Below are positions 54,221 to 63,246 of a stretch of DNA of 64,000 bases, piece after piece. This DNA comes from a virus. Location: the IMG/VR virus record IMGVR_UViG_3300031999_001882, positions 80,308-144,307 of that record. One strand, written 5' to 3'. The position numbers were made by a program, and so were the translations under genes. Numbering within the stretch: position 1 is the first letter of the stretch; each line of letters starts with the position of its first letter. Under the pieces are notes generated by a model. The model worked only from the letters and a program-made list of their open reading frames with translations. It was not told where the DNA came from and did no database searches.

Positions 54221-56923
54221 TTAAACTCTCGAATGTAGTCTGGCCTTCACGCCTTCGCCCGTCTCCGAAGTGATGGACACGATCTCGCCTTCGTCATCCA
54301 TCGCACCTAAATTCTCGGATACTATTTCACCTTCGTCAAATCCTAAAAGCCCCATCGGTTGCAAAAGTACCTTGACCGCGCCGCAAATGGTGTCGGCCAC
54401 GTCCTTTGAATTATGAACAACCACCCCTGCCGATAAAGAAAAGTTAGACCATTTCTCAACGGAGAGATCATAAACAGGAACAGGCTCTTTAAGGTGGACA
54501 GGAATAATCACCCTAACTTTGTGATTGGTTTCCTTCCCCGAAAACTCTTTCCACTCACGAAACCCATGATCCCCAAGAACACGCACGACGACATTGCGGC
54601 CACAACGAAGCAATCGAGCCGCAACGCCAGCGTTCTCCGCCTGATTTATAACGCCGCGCAAAGAATCAATGGTGATATCTCCACGGAAATTTCCATTATG
54701 ACTGGCTCGATTTTTAAGCCATTCATCAGACGCTTGCGCCATCGTGCGGCTCATTGCCTCTGAATGTTTCTTTCGCCCTTCAACGCTGAGGTTAAATTCC
54801 TGAGCCTTCTGATAAAGTTTGCGCCGCCATGCCAAATCTGTTTTGTGGCGATGCGCCGTATGATGACGCGCATGGTCAATCAGAGACTCAATTTGAAGAT
54901 TTGAAGGCCGATTGTCTGTCTTGTTCCCGTTTTTATGATGAACCAGAAACTCATTCGGAATATCGCCGAAACAATGACGAAAGACCATGTGATGAGTCAA
55001 CTGTTTAAAGGCGTGTCGATCTGAAACCGATTCATAACCGCCATTGACAGGCCAAAATCGGTTACACGGCATCAGGCGATCAACGCCGGGAATCAAATCA
55101 GAAGCCGCCTTGTATGACCCATCCCTCAGCATCCACAGATGATTCGTCGTACATCGGACAGTCGCGCCAGAATCCAAAACAACATCCACCAAATCCGTTA
55201 CATACTTCGTCATACGGCCTTTGGCTTTCCCCGGCACAATCCGTCCATCAGATGAGCAAGAATAGACCCACACTTCTTTCCCGGCAAGCTCGGCTATCGT
55301 CGGGATCGTTCCATCCAAAAGCGGAATCCGCGTATCGCCAACAAAACAGCCCGTGTCCGGGTGATCGACCCGGATGCCGTTGATGATTTCCAGAGCCTTG
55401 AGTTCGGTGATCTGCCGCTCATAATTCAACAGACCGATCTTGCCGAAGTAAATGCGCTCCTTGAGATTGCGGTAATCCTGCAAGTCCAGTCGGTACGTCT
55501 CGCAATGGATCGAGGCCGAATTCAACGTCTGAACCATCTGCGCCGAATTCCATTGGTCAAAGTAAACGCCCTTCACAATGATCTTAGCCGAAATCAGCTT
55601 AATGATCTCCTCGATATTCGGGAAGCTGACGATCAGTTGCTTCTTGGGGTCCGGCTCCCATGCCGTCACACCGTCCTGAATAAAGTGGATGTCCTGTACG
55701 CCGCCGGGCATGATGTATTTCTCGGCATGGAAAATAGAGAAGCCCGCGCTGTCGGAACTCAAGCCAAGATCAATGGTGATGACGTGCTCATGCCGGACGA
55801 ACGACGGCAGGTTCCATCGCCTGATCCGCTTCTTGATATAGCGGCCCTCGATATAATCCTCGAACTCAATGATCGGAGCGCGGTTCTCGATGATGATATC
55901 CACCATCTCCGGCTTCTCGATGAAGGGAGATTCCGCGCCCGGCGGCAAGCACATATACTTGGCTTTGGCATCGGTGGGGTCACGGTCGAAGTGTTCCTTG
56001 AACTCTAACGGAACTTTGTGACCCTCAAAGTCGAACCACTTGCCGGAAAAACAGGACGGCGGCTTCACTTCCCATGTGAACGCTTTGTCAGCGTAAACGT
56101 GCATCTTGTCCTGCGCCCACTTAAACATCTTCTCAATGAAATCGCCTTCGTAGCGCGGGTAGGAGAGGAGAAAGCCTTTGACGGATGTACCGAAGCGGGA
56201 CTTGGCCGAGGAGTCGAGCATATTGTAAATCTTCGACGCATTGCGGGTCTGGGTCTTGTCCTTAAACGCGCTGATTTCATCACACACATACGCGAGGATG
56301 TTCATGCCCTCGGTGGATTCCTGCTCTGAGTGGCGGGAGAAAGCGCGGAGACGTTTCGGAAAGAAAATCGAATTCTGGTTGATGACGACCAGATTGGCGT
56401 ATTCCCAATCCTCGGTCGGTTCCACGAAGCGCCCGGACATCTTGATCGGATACTTCCGCTTGAGCCATCCCCAATTCAGCACATTGTTCTTGAGCTTGTC
56501 GAAAAAGACGTTCAGCGCTTGGCTGGCCGAGTATGCGACGTTGATGGAGTCAATCGCGTCGCGTGGCGCGATGCCGGGAAACATCGCCTGCGGGCGGCGC
56601 ATACAAAGGAGGACGTAATTAACGTAGAGGATGATGTGACAGGAGATCGTGTCCTTGCCGGAGCCTTTGCCCCATTCGAGAATCGCTGTTGAGTTATCGT
56701 TAGAAAAAATCTTTTTGGGGTCATCCCCTAAAACAAAATCGGCGACCTGATATTGTCGGTCGCCGTAAGGCGGAAATCCCATATGGTCCGGGGAAGTAAT
56801 AAATTGCTTAAAGGTCACCGGATTCTCGTCCCAAAATACTGAGGAAAGCGATTTACCGGAGATCACCGATTTGTTGGTGACCAACGATTCTTCACCGAAA
56901 GCATTGAGGAGGCTAAGCGTCAT
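54221..56923 (-). CDS. terL: Terminase large subunit containing an intein
   Basis: Walker A GKGSGKD, Walker B YVCDE, nuclease ITIDLGLSSD, FDQWNS, DHP...SKDVAD split by intein. Confidence 0.9.
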   Translation of the reverse strand: MTLSLLNAFGEESLVTNKSVISGKSLSSVFWDENPVTFKQFITSPDHMGFPPYGDRQYQVADFVLGDDPKKIFSNDNSTAILEWGKGSGKDTISCHIILYVNYVLLCMRRPQAMFPGIAPRDAIDSINVAYSASQALNVFFDKLKNNVLNWGWLKRKYPIKMSGRFVEPTEDWEYANLVVINQNSIFFPKRLRAFSRHSEQESTEGMNILAYVCDEISAFKDKTQTRNASKIYNMLDSSAKSRFGTSVKGFLLSYPRYEGDFIEKMFKWAQDKMHVYADKAFTWEVKPPSCFSGKWFDFEGHKVPLEFKEHFDRDPTDAKAKYMCLPPGAESPFIEKPEMVDIIIENRAPIIEFEDYIEGRYIKKRIRRWNLPSFVRHEHVITIDLGLSSDSAGFSIFHAEKYIMPGGVQDIHFIQDGVTAWEPDPKKQLIVSFPNIEEIIKLISAKIIVKGVYFDQWNSAQMVQTLNSASIHCETYRLDLQDYRNLKERIYFGKIGLLNYERQITELKALEIINGIRVDHPDTGCFVGDTRIPLLDGTIPTIAELAGKEVWVYSCSSDGRIVPGKAKGRMTKYVTDLVDVVLDSGATVRCTTNHLWMLRDGSYKAASDLIPGVDRLMPCNRFWPVNGGYESVSDRHAFKQLTHHMVFRHCFGDIPNEFLVHHKNGNKTDNRPSNLQIESLIDHARHHTAHRHKTDLAWRRKLYQKAQEFNLSVEGRKKHSEAMSRTMAQASDEWLKNRASHNGNFRGDITIDSLRGVINQAENAGVAARLLRCGRNVVVRVLGDHGFREWKEFSGKETNHKVRVIIPVHLKEPVPVYDLSVEKWSNFSLSAGVVVHNSKDVADTICGAVKVLLQPMGLLGFDEGEIVSENLGAMDDEGEIVSITSETGEGVKARLHSRV
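54410..55348 (-). mobile_element. Intein (313 aa) with HNH endonuclease domain
   Basis: G|CFVGDTRIPLLDG start, block B TTNH, VHHKNGNKTDNRPSNL, VYDLSV...VVVHN|S end. Confidence 0.92.
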
Positions 56924-56927
56924 GGGT

Positions 56928-56997
56928 AAAAAAATCCCATCGTCTTGAAAAACAAAGTCGTGTGGTACTCAAGCGATGGGTCAATGTCCTCTCCCTC
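56928..56997 (-). promoter_or_regulatory. Terminator-like hairpin between SD and terL start
   Basis: CCCATCG-CTTGA...TCAAG-A-CGATGGG followed by T7, four nt before ATG. Confidence 0.5.
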
Positions 56998-57014
56998 TAT
57001 AGATTAAAAGTAGT

Positions 57015-57491
57015 TCACAACGCAGACCTCCTTATCAGTTCTTCGGTTTTCGTTTTCACACTATTCATGTATTCGAGTATCAAAGGTTCTCGTTGTTCTT
57101 GTGGAACGTGATTGAGAAACAAATCGAAAGCTGTACGCGATGCTTCAACGACGGCACTCTCCAACAGCTTAGCAATATCATGGCGCGAATCAAATCGACT
57201 CAGGCTATCCAATATCCGGTTGAACTCGGTGTAATAGCTCAACAAGCTGTCCTCGATGTGAGGACGGTAGAGCACGTTGTTACAGGCTTTGCAAGTGACT
57301 CCGTATTTTTTCTCGTACTCTTTGGTCTTGTCGATTCGTTCTCGGACTTCGTTTCGGACCCACTTACGGTCCTCCACGATCCCGGTGTAATTGTCCGCGA
57401 CCGCTTGACCGATAGAGAGAGCAACCGCCGTCGAACCCTGTTGGATCGTCGCCCCATTGCTCCCCAGCTTCATCAAAGGCTTTTTAGACAT
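57015..57491 (-). CDS. Hypothetical protein, terminase small subunit candidate by position
   Basis: 158 aa helical, CxxC, directly upstream of terL. Confidence 0.4.
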   Translation of the reverse strand: MSKKPLMKLGSNGATIQQGSTAVALSIGQAVADNYTGIVEDRKWVRNEVRERIDKTKEYEKKYGVTCKACNNVLYRPHIEDSLLSYYTEFNRILDSLSRFDSRHDIAKLLESAVVEASRTAFDLFLNHVPQEQREPLILEYMNSVKTKTEELIRRSAL

Positions 57492-58147
57492 CAGACCATT
57501 TGCTCAGTCACGCCTGCGCTTTCCATTTGCTTACGCAAGTAAACCAACACATTCGTCATCTTTTTATAAAACCACTTGCTCTCCGGGTACTCCGCTTGAA
57601 GCTGATTCAGAAGCTCGCGCATACTCATGTCGCGTGGCTCCTTGGCTTCGAGAATCGTAACCAATATCTCCTGCGCCCGTGACGATTTCGGCGAGGAGTC
57701 AGCCTGAATCTGAGTCTGCACCCGATCCACCGCTTCTTCAAGCTCTTGTTGTTCAAAGGCCCGGTAAATATCTCCCGGCTCAATTAAGGATTCAGGGACT
57801 CCCCGGCCCTCAGACTCCTCGGAGATTTCCTCCACGCTGGTCGGAATATGCTCCCGCTCTACTTTAGAATGCCGCATTGCATCTTCCAGCCGATTACGAA
57901 GCGAGGAGAGAATATGGTTGCGCCAATGATCTTCCGTGAACGACTCGTCATACGAGTCCAAGAGTTCACCGATCAAAAAGTTGGAGAGGTCTTGAATGAG
58001 GTCAGCGAAGTCGAGTTGCTTGTAATCTCTGGCACGTTTCTCGACGATAGAAATAATGAAGGGTTTGAAGGCGTTGTAAAAAGACAAAAGAGCTGTCTGG
58101 TCATAACGGTTTTCTCGGAGTCTTTGGGTTGCCTCCGTCAGCGTCAT
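57491..58147 (-). CDS. RNA polymerase sigma-factor-like protein
   Basis: Region 2-like DFADLIQD..........YDES......I...LRNRLED..R; C-terminal HTH-like MSMREL. Confidence 0.6.
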   Translation of the reverse strand: MTLTEATQRLRENRYDQTALLSFYNAFKPFIISIVEKRARDYKQLDFADLIQDLSNFLIGELLDSYDESFTEDHWRNHILSSLRNRLEDAMRHSKVEREHIPTSVEEISEESEGRGVPESLIEPGDIYRAFEQQELEEAVDRVQTQIQADSSPKSSRAQEILVTILEAKEPRDMSMRELLNQLQAEYPESKWFYKKMTNVLVYLRKQMESAGVTEQMV

Positions 58148-58356
58148 GCGTTAGCTCTCTCTTGAAGTATTGGCTGGTTGCATTCCTCGATCTCTACCAA
58201 ACGTCCGAGCGCCGCGATCCAGATAAAAAGGGACGAGCAACTTTCGCAGAAACACTTACGCCCGCGATACCATGTCGGAAACCCATTGACATCGCCGCGC
58301 TTGTCCCAGAAAGCCGTCACTTCAACGTCAGTCTTGCGGATGTTATGATGACACAA
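58144..58356 (-). CDS. Small Zn-ribbon-like protein (start revised to TTG)
   Basis: CHH...CESC; ATGA overlap with sigma gene. Confidence 0.45.
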   Translation of the reverse strand: MCHHNIRKTDVEVTAFWDKRGDVNGFPTWYRGRKCFCESCSSLFIWIAALGRLVEIEECNQPILQERANA

Positions 58357-58396
58357 AAGGCCATTCCCCCCGCCCGTTGAGCCGCCCTTCCCATTA

Positions 58397-58425
58397 TTTA
58401 TACCACATCTTTTGAAACGGCGCAA
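58397..58425 (-). promoter_or_regulatory. Sigma70-type promoter upstream of sigma/terminase genes
   Basis: TTGCGC-17 nt-TATAAA with extended -10 TG. Confidence 0.55.
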
Positions 58426-58426
58426 T

Positions 58427-59365
58427 TCAACGCGCAAAAATAGCTTCAACAAAGTCGCGTAGAGTCTCCGTTCGGCAGTCGTTCGGATCAAGACCTGCTG
58501 GGCATTCAAAGCGCTTGACCCCGAACCAATGGGTCAGCTTATCGCCGACCTTCTTGGAAGCTTCCTGTCCGGCCTTGTCGCCATCGTACAGAAGCCCGAT
58601 CTCATCCACCCCTTTGCTCAGGAGCGCTTGAATATGGCGATTGTTCACATGGGTTCCAAAGCAGGACACCGCGAATCCCCCAGCCTGATCCAGCGACCAA
58701 ACATCCTTGGCTCCTTCCACCAGAGCCACCCGGCGCAGTCCGGCAGGCAAGCGGTCGAGATTGTAAACCACCGATCCAAGCTGACTGTGAAGCGGGTAAA
58801 TGACCTTCTTGCCGCCTATTCCCTGTCCGACGGCCCGCCGGAACTCATAGGTGTAAAAGGCCCCTTGCAGGTCGTTTACAGGCACAGCCACATAGCCCCG
58901 GTAATACCCGTCGGAACAATAAGACAAGCCAAAACGATCCGCCGTAGCCTCCACAATCCGGGCATTCGCCAGCCACGCCACGGCCTCCGGCGAAGTCCGC
59001 CACGGGATCAAAGTCATGTCCTCTGGAATCTTCGGGAAAGGCTTGTCAGGAGGAGGAGGCTTCTCAAGAGAGATATTTCTCGCCCAATCCGCAATCCTCT
59101 CATAGTGCTTATTGGAGTCCTCGCCCCCATGAAGTTTTCTCGCGGCCTCCTTGTCTGAGCAATGCTCAAGACGAGCAACGAGAGAAATAAGGTGTGGGCC
59201 TGCCAACCCACATGAGAAACATTGCCATGCGCCCGTCGTAGAGTTGATGGAGAAAGAAGGGTTCTTATCCGTGTGCCATAAACAAGCGCATGAGAAATTC
59301 TCACCCGATCTCGTTATTCTTTTGAACTCATATTTCTTGATGATGTCGAGAACGTCAACGCTCAT
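58427..59365 (-). CDS. dnaG: DNA primase (CHC2 Zn finger + TOPRIM)
   Basis: CLWHTDKNPSF...CFSCG; LVEGAKD; YDGDKAG; DPND. Confidence 0.92.
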   Translation of the reverse strand: MSVDVLDIIKKYEFKRITRSGENFSCACLWHTDKNPSFSINSTTGAWQCFSCGLAGPHLISLVARLEHCSDKEAARKLHGGEDSNKHYERIADWARNISLEKPPPPDKPFPKIPEDMTLIPWRTSPEAVAWLANARIVEATADRFGLSYCSDGYYRGYVAVPVNDLQGAFYTYEFRRAVGQGIGGKKVIYPLHSQLGSVVYNLDRLPAGLRRVALVEGAKDVWSLDQAGGFAVSCFGTHVNNRHIQALLSKGVDEIGLLYDGDKAGQEASKKVGDKLTHWFGVKRFECPAGLDPNDCRTETLRDFVEAIFAR

Positions 59366-59476
59366 TTCTCACCTAAGAAGTCATCAAGGGTCATCTGACG
59401 TGGGTCAGGCTTCTTTGGCTCCTTGGGCTTGGGGAGCGGCCTGCCACACGCCGGACAGCGCGGACGCTTGGGCCTT

Positions 59477-60784
59477 TTAGCCTTGATGGATTCTCCCGAA
59501 AGCAGGATCAGGGTTTATCAAGATGGGCGGACACTTGGCTTTGCGGCGGATTTTGAGCACTTTAATCTCCGCTTGGTGCGCCTGCTCCTGCTCCGGGCTT
59601 TGGGTGACCTTCAACAAAATATCGACGTTCTGCCCGGCGGCCTTGGAAAAGGCGATATCCTCCGCCGAATCCTCGCCCTTCTTGGCTTGGCCGCCCGCGA
59701 TCTGCTGAGCGGCGGTCCAGATGCCGACTTTGAACTGCCGGGCCGTTTCCTTGAGCTTCTTGGAGATGATTGCCAGCGCCTTCCAATCGTACAGGTCAGC
59801 ATCCCCGTTTCGGGTTTCCATGATCTGCATATAGTCCACAACCACCAGCTCAAGATTGGAGCGCCGCTTATACTCCCGCACCTTGGCCTTGAGAAGATCA
59901 ACCGTGCATCCGCTCGAAACGTCCACAATGAACAGCTTGTTCTTCTTGCGGTCAGCGTATGCCTTGACCTCAGCCCGCATCCGTTCCAGCTCGGCCTTGG
60001 ACACAACAGCTTCGTCCAGTTCGGTGATATTGATGTGCGCGATCCGACCATACAAACGACGAAGAATCTGCTCACCACTCATTTCAATGGTAACCATCAT
60101 CGTGTCATGCCCGGCCATGTAGGACTCAATGGCAAAATTATAGAGCGCGGTGCTCTTGAACCCGGCGGTCTTACCCACAATCAGCCCGACCTCGGAGAGC
60201 ATGATTCCCTTCAAATGCTTGTCGAGCGACGGAATCCCGGTAGGGATCGCCCAATACTTGTCCGGGTGATCCTGCATATCCTTGATCTGGGCAATCACCT
60301 GATCGACGCTCTCTGTCAACTCAAACTCATGGATGTTCTCAGCGCCGACAAAAAGAGGTTCATCCAGCACGTCTCGGATCGCGCCCTCTCCCTTGAACAG
60401 ATCGCCCCGGTCGATCATGTCACCGGACACCTTGATCGCGTTCATCAGCGATCTGGCTCGCCACATCCGAATAATCTCATCCTTGCAAAAAGCGTAATCC
60501 TGATCCGGCGGACGATCTACGAACAGAGATTTGGCGAGGGTAAAGTAGGAATCCTTCTCATCCTCCTTGAGCGGGTCGCGCTCCAAGACAGACAACAGCT
60601 CGCTCGGCGTGATTCGTTTGCTGTAGCGGTCGAAGTGCGAGAGGATGTGGGTATAGACCTTCACCAAAGGGTCTGAGGAAAAGACCTTCGGCGGAATCTT
60701 GACCGACAACTCAGCTAGTTTTTCGTCGTTAAGGAGAGCATGGCGGATGAGATCGCGTTCTGCACGGGCGTTTACATAATTCAC
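59477..60784 (-). CDS. dnaB: Replicative DNA helicase, DnaB family
   Basis: IPTGIPSLD, G.TAGFKST, TIEMS, VVVDYMQ, TAAQ, KIR. Confidence 0.92.
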   Translation of the reverse strand: MNYVNARAERDLIRHALLNDEKLAELSVKIPPKVFSSDPLVKVYTHILSHFDRYSKRITPSELLSVLERDPLKEDEKDSYFTLAKSLFVDRPPDQDYAFCKDEIIRMWRARSLMNAIKVSGDMIDRGDLFKGEGAIRDVLDEPLFVGAENIHEFELTESVDQVIAQIKDMQDHPDKYWAIPTGIPSLDKHLKGIMLSEVGLIVGKTAGFKSTALYNFAIESYMAGHDTMMVTIEMSGEQILRRLYGRIAHINITELDEAVVSKAELERMRAEVKAYADRKKNKLFIVDVSSGCTVDLLKAKVREYKRRSNLELVVVDYMQIMETRNGDADLYDWKALAIISKKLKETARQFKVGIWTAAQQIAGGQAKKGEDSAEDIAFSKAAGQNVDILLKVTQSPEQEQAHQAEIKVLKIRRKAKCPPILINPDPAFGRIHQG

Positions 60785-61437
60785 GTTCGACTCCTAATTG
60801 GCTGTGTCAAAATTTTTTCAACTGACCACCCAGAATAAAAACGTGAATTGATAGTGTTCCTGTTTATACCGCTCATTCTCGCCAACTCACCCAGAGTTTT
60901 TTTAACCCCACCAACAACAACAAAGCGATTTTTTCTTGTGTTATTTGCCTGCTGGGTCCGAGTGGCCCAGCGAAGATTTCCGGGGATATACCCTTTTGAA
61001 TTATCAATGCGGTCCAAAGAATACTGTGGCGATGGCCTTCGGCCAATCGTTTTCAGAAGATAGGCCAAGAATGTCCTGTAGGATTTCCGCCAAGAACCAT
61101 ATACAGAGATACCACGACCACCGTAATTCTCGTAAGCGGGATTATTGACGTTATGACAGCGATGATTGATGTCGCCCCAAACCTTATATTCGTAAGCGAT
61201 ACTGCCCCTTCTGGCATCGCCATGACTCATCGAAAGCTTTATCGTTATTTCACGCCTATAACATCCACACGATTTAGTGCGACGATGAATCAGAGCACAA
61301 TCATAAACGCTTGCTATTCTCCCGCAAGAGCACTTACAAAGCCACAAACCACCATGTCGGTCACGACGCAACAGCTTTGTTGTTGTTAAGCGGAAGAACC
61401 TCTGATTTGGAACTACCGTTAGTTTTCGTTTTTTCAT
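60781..61437 (-). CDS. HNH homing endonuclease, paralog of 29895..30554
   Basis: WLCKCSCG...SCGC...YGGRGI...TIGRRPSPQYSLDRIDNSKGYIPGNLRWAT. Confidence 0.9.
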   Translation of the reverse strand: MKKRKLTVVPNQRFFRLTTTKLLRRDRHGGLWLCKCSCGRIASVYDCALIHRRTKSCGCYRREITIKLSMSHGDARRGSIAYEYKVWGDINHRCHNVNNPAYENYGGRGISVYGSWRKSYRTFLAYLLKTIGRRPSPQYSLDRIDNSKGYIPGNLRWATRTQQANNTRKNRFVVVGGVKKTLGELARMSGINRNTINSRFYSGWSVEKILTQPIRSRT

Positions 61438-62041
61438 AGTCAGTTTTCAATGCCACAAGAATTTCCCCAAAAATATCCCAGCTAATGATTATGAATTTCT
61501 CCGCATCATTCTGGAATGTGAGCGGGTGACCAATTTTTTCGTCAAGCAAATCTTTGCGAATGGTATAGGTTTTCAGGTTCTCTTTTAGCTCAATCTCCAA
61601 CGGCTCCAAAGATTTCCGCATCACGCCCTTTGCGGCATTCCACAACACATCGTAGTCGGCCTGCCGAAAGATGGCGTGAAGCCTGTTTCTTGGACTTCCT
61701 TTGTAGGCGAAAGCGAACACAGGCATATAGCCGCACTCCTCGGCTTCGAGGACGTTCTTCTGAACCAGCTCCATATCCAGATGATAGACAGGTGTGAAAA
61801 TTGATCCATCCTTCGATTTCTCCCGGCGATGTTTGGCTTCGATCAAAAACTCTTTTGGGACGAAACCAAGACAACTTCGCACATCACCTTTCAATGAGCG
61901 CATAGCTCCTGAATTGGGTACGCGAAAAGAACGACTGATTCTCCCCTCTGCATCCATGATCGGGTCTTTGTTGGTGTGCCCGGTTAAGAGCAAAAAGTAT
62001 TCTTCGATCTGGTGTTCAAGGCCGTAGCCACGGTGCGACAT
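61361..62041 (-). CDS. Hjc-like Holliday junction resolvase (PD-(D/E)xK)
   Basis: GY.LE....RVPNSGA....GDV....LIEAK. Confidence 0.7.
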   Translation of the reverse strand: MSHRGYGLEHQIEEYFLLLTGHTNKDPIMDAEGRISRSFRVPNSGAMRSLKGDVRSCLGFVPKEFLIEAKHRREKSKDGSIFTPVYHLDMELVQKNVLEAEECGYMPVFAFAYKGSPRNRLHAIFRQADYDVLWNAAKGVMRKSLEPLEIELKENLKTYTIRKDLLDEKIGHPLTFQNDAEKFIIISWDIFGEILVALKTDYEKTKTNGSSKSEVLPLNNNKAVAS

Positions 62042-62043
62042 GG

Positions 62044-62181
62044 TTATGATCCTCTTTTTTCGGTTTTATCTTTGGATAGATGAACGCCAAGAATAGTGAA
62101 TGCAATTCCTACGGCCCCAACAGCAACCCCAATCACGAACCCCAACAACAAATTTGCGTCGATAATCGCTCGACTCGCCAT
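62044..62181 (-). CDS. 45-aa membrane peptide (not in ORF track)
   Basis: GGAGGGGG RBS; LLLGFVIGVAVGAVGIAFTILGV. Confidence 0.55.
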   Translation of the reverse strand: MASRAIIDANLLLGFVIGVAVGAVGIAFTILGVHLSKDKTEKRGS

Positions 62182-62192
62182 CTCCCCCTCCA

Positions 62193-62612
62193 TTATTTGC
62201 TTCCCCTTAGCTCTCGATTGATCTGCTCTATGCGCTCAGCAAACCCAGCTATCTGCTTAAATTCATCAATGGTCCTGCCCATGTTGGTGCGTTGCCATCG
62301 GATGAACGCCACATACTCAGCATCGGAAAGTTTTGAAAGTTTATCAAAATCAGCCAAAGCATTCGTCACAAAGGATTCCTTCTGAGTGAGACGCTTCTTC
62401 TCGCCCACGCCTTCTCTGACGAGGTTCGGCTCATAGATCGTTTTCCAAAGAAATTCAATCCGAGCCATGATCTTGTCCCGGCTGTACCGCTTCACGTCCT
62501 CCGTAACCTGCCGCTCGCGGCCCGGCCCATCACCAATGGTCGGAATATCAAACTGAGCCATACGCCTTCTCCTCCTTGGCTTCATAAACCAGCGTGACCT
62601 TGGACGCGCCAT
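62193..62612 (-). CDS. Hypothetical protein (likely start MAQF)
   Basis: GGAGGAG RBS before internal ATG. Confidence 0.55.
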   Translation of the reverse strand: MARPRSRWFMKPRRRRRMAQFDIPTIGDGPGRERQVTEDVKRYSRDKIMARIEFLWKTIYEPNLVREGVGEKKRLTQKESFVTNALADFDKLSKLSDAEYVAFIRWQRTNMGRTIDEFKQIAGFAERIEQINRELRGSK

Positions 62613-63246
62613 CGACCAACTTCACCCGAAACATCCGGTCGATATGCTCCAAAGCTTCGCCGTGGTGAGCGACCTGATCCGCATTGGTGACGATGATGAC
62701 CTGATCCTCAAAGCGCCGGGAAATCTCCTGAATGAATCGGTACGCCCGCAGAACGTAGTTATTGTCCTTGTCCACGGAGTTCAGTTGCTTGAGCGCTTCG
62801 TCCAGCATGAGCGGCCCTTCAATGGGCGGGTGCGTCATCTTCTTGAACATGATTCGCAACAGCACCGATACGATGTCGCGCACGCCGCCGCCCCTGCCAT
62901 CCATGATGTCCTCAAGCTCCTCGCCATTGGTCATATAAAGATTGGCATTCACCCGGCTGGCCTTGGTGTCGAATTCCACCTTGAGCCGCATATTCCGTGG
63001 CTCGAAGATTTGAATGAGCGCGGCATTTACCGTCTCCTCGATCCGGCCAATCGACTTGCGCCGCGACCAGTCTGACACGATCCGCAGGAAAGCCCCGGCC
63101 TTGTCCAATGCCTCACGCTGATAGGTCAGGTCCGCCAGCTTAGATCGACTCCGGTTGGCTGTCTCCCTCGCCTTGACCGTCATCTCGCGGAGCGTGGCAT
63201 AGTGCTGTAGCGCCTGCCTAGATTGATCCAGAATCTCGTTTACCAT
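62548..63246 (-). CDS. SbcC/Rad50-like ABC ATPase C-terminal subunit
   Basis: Coiled coil, signature-like GGG, Walker B LMLDE, QVIIVTN; no Walker A. Confidence 0.75.
   Translation of the reverse strand: MVNEILDQSRQALQHYATLREMTVKARETANRSRSKLADLTYQREALDKAGAFLRIVSDWSRRKSIGRIEETVNAALIQIFEPRNMRLKVEFDTKASRVNANLYMTNGEELEDIMDGRGGGVRDIVSVLLRIMFKKMTHPPIEGPLMLDEALKQLNSVDKDNNYVLRAYRFIQEISRRFEDQVIIVTNADQVAHHGEALEHIDRMFRVKLVDGASKVTLVYEAKEEKAYGSV

Noticed and set aside
6536-60676. Long plus-strand ORFs (e.g. 6536..7627, 25649..26638, 39815..40780, 59423..60676)
   Set aside because: Antisense shadows of GC3-rich minus-strand genes, with no recognisable motifs.
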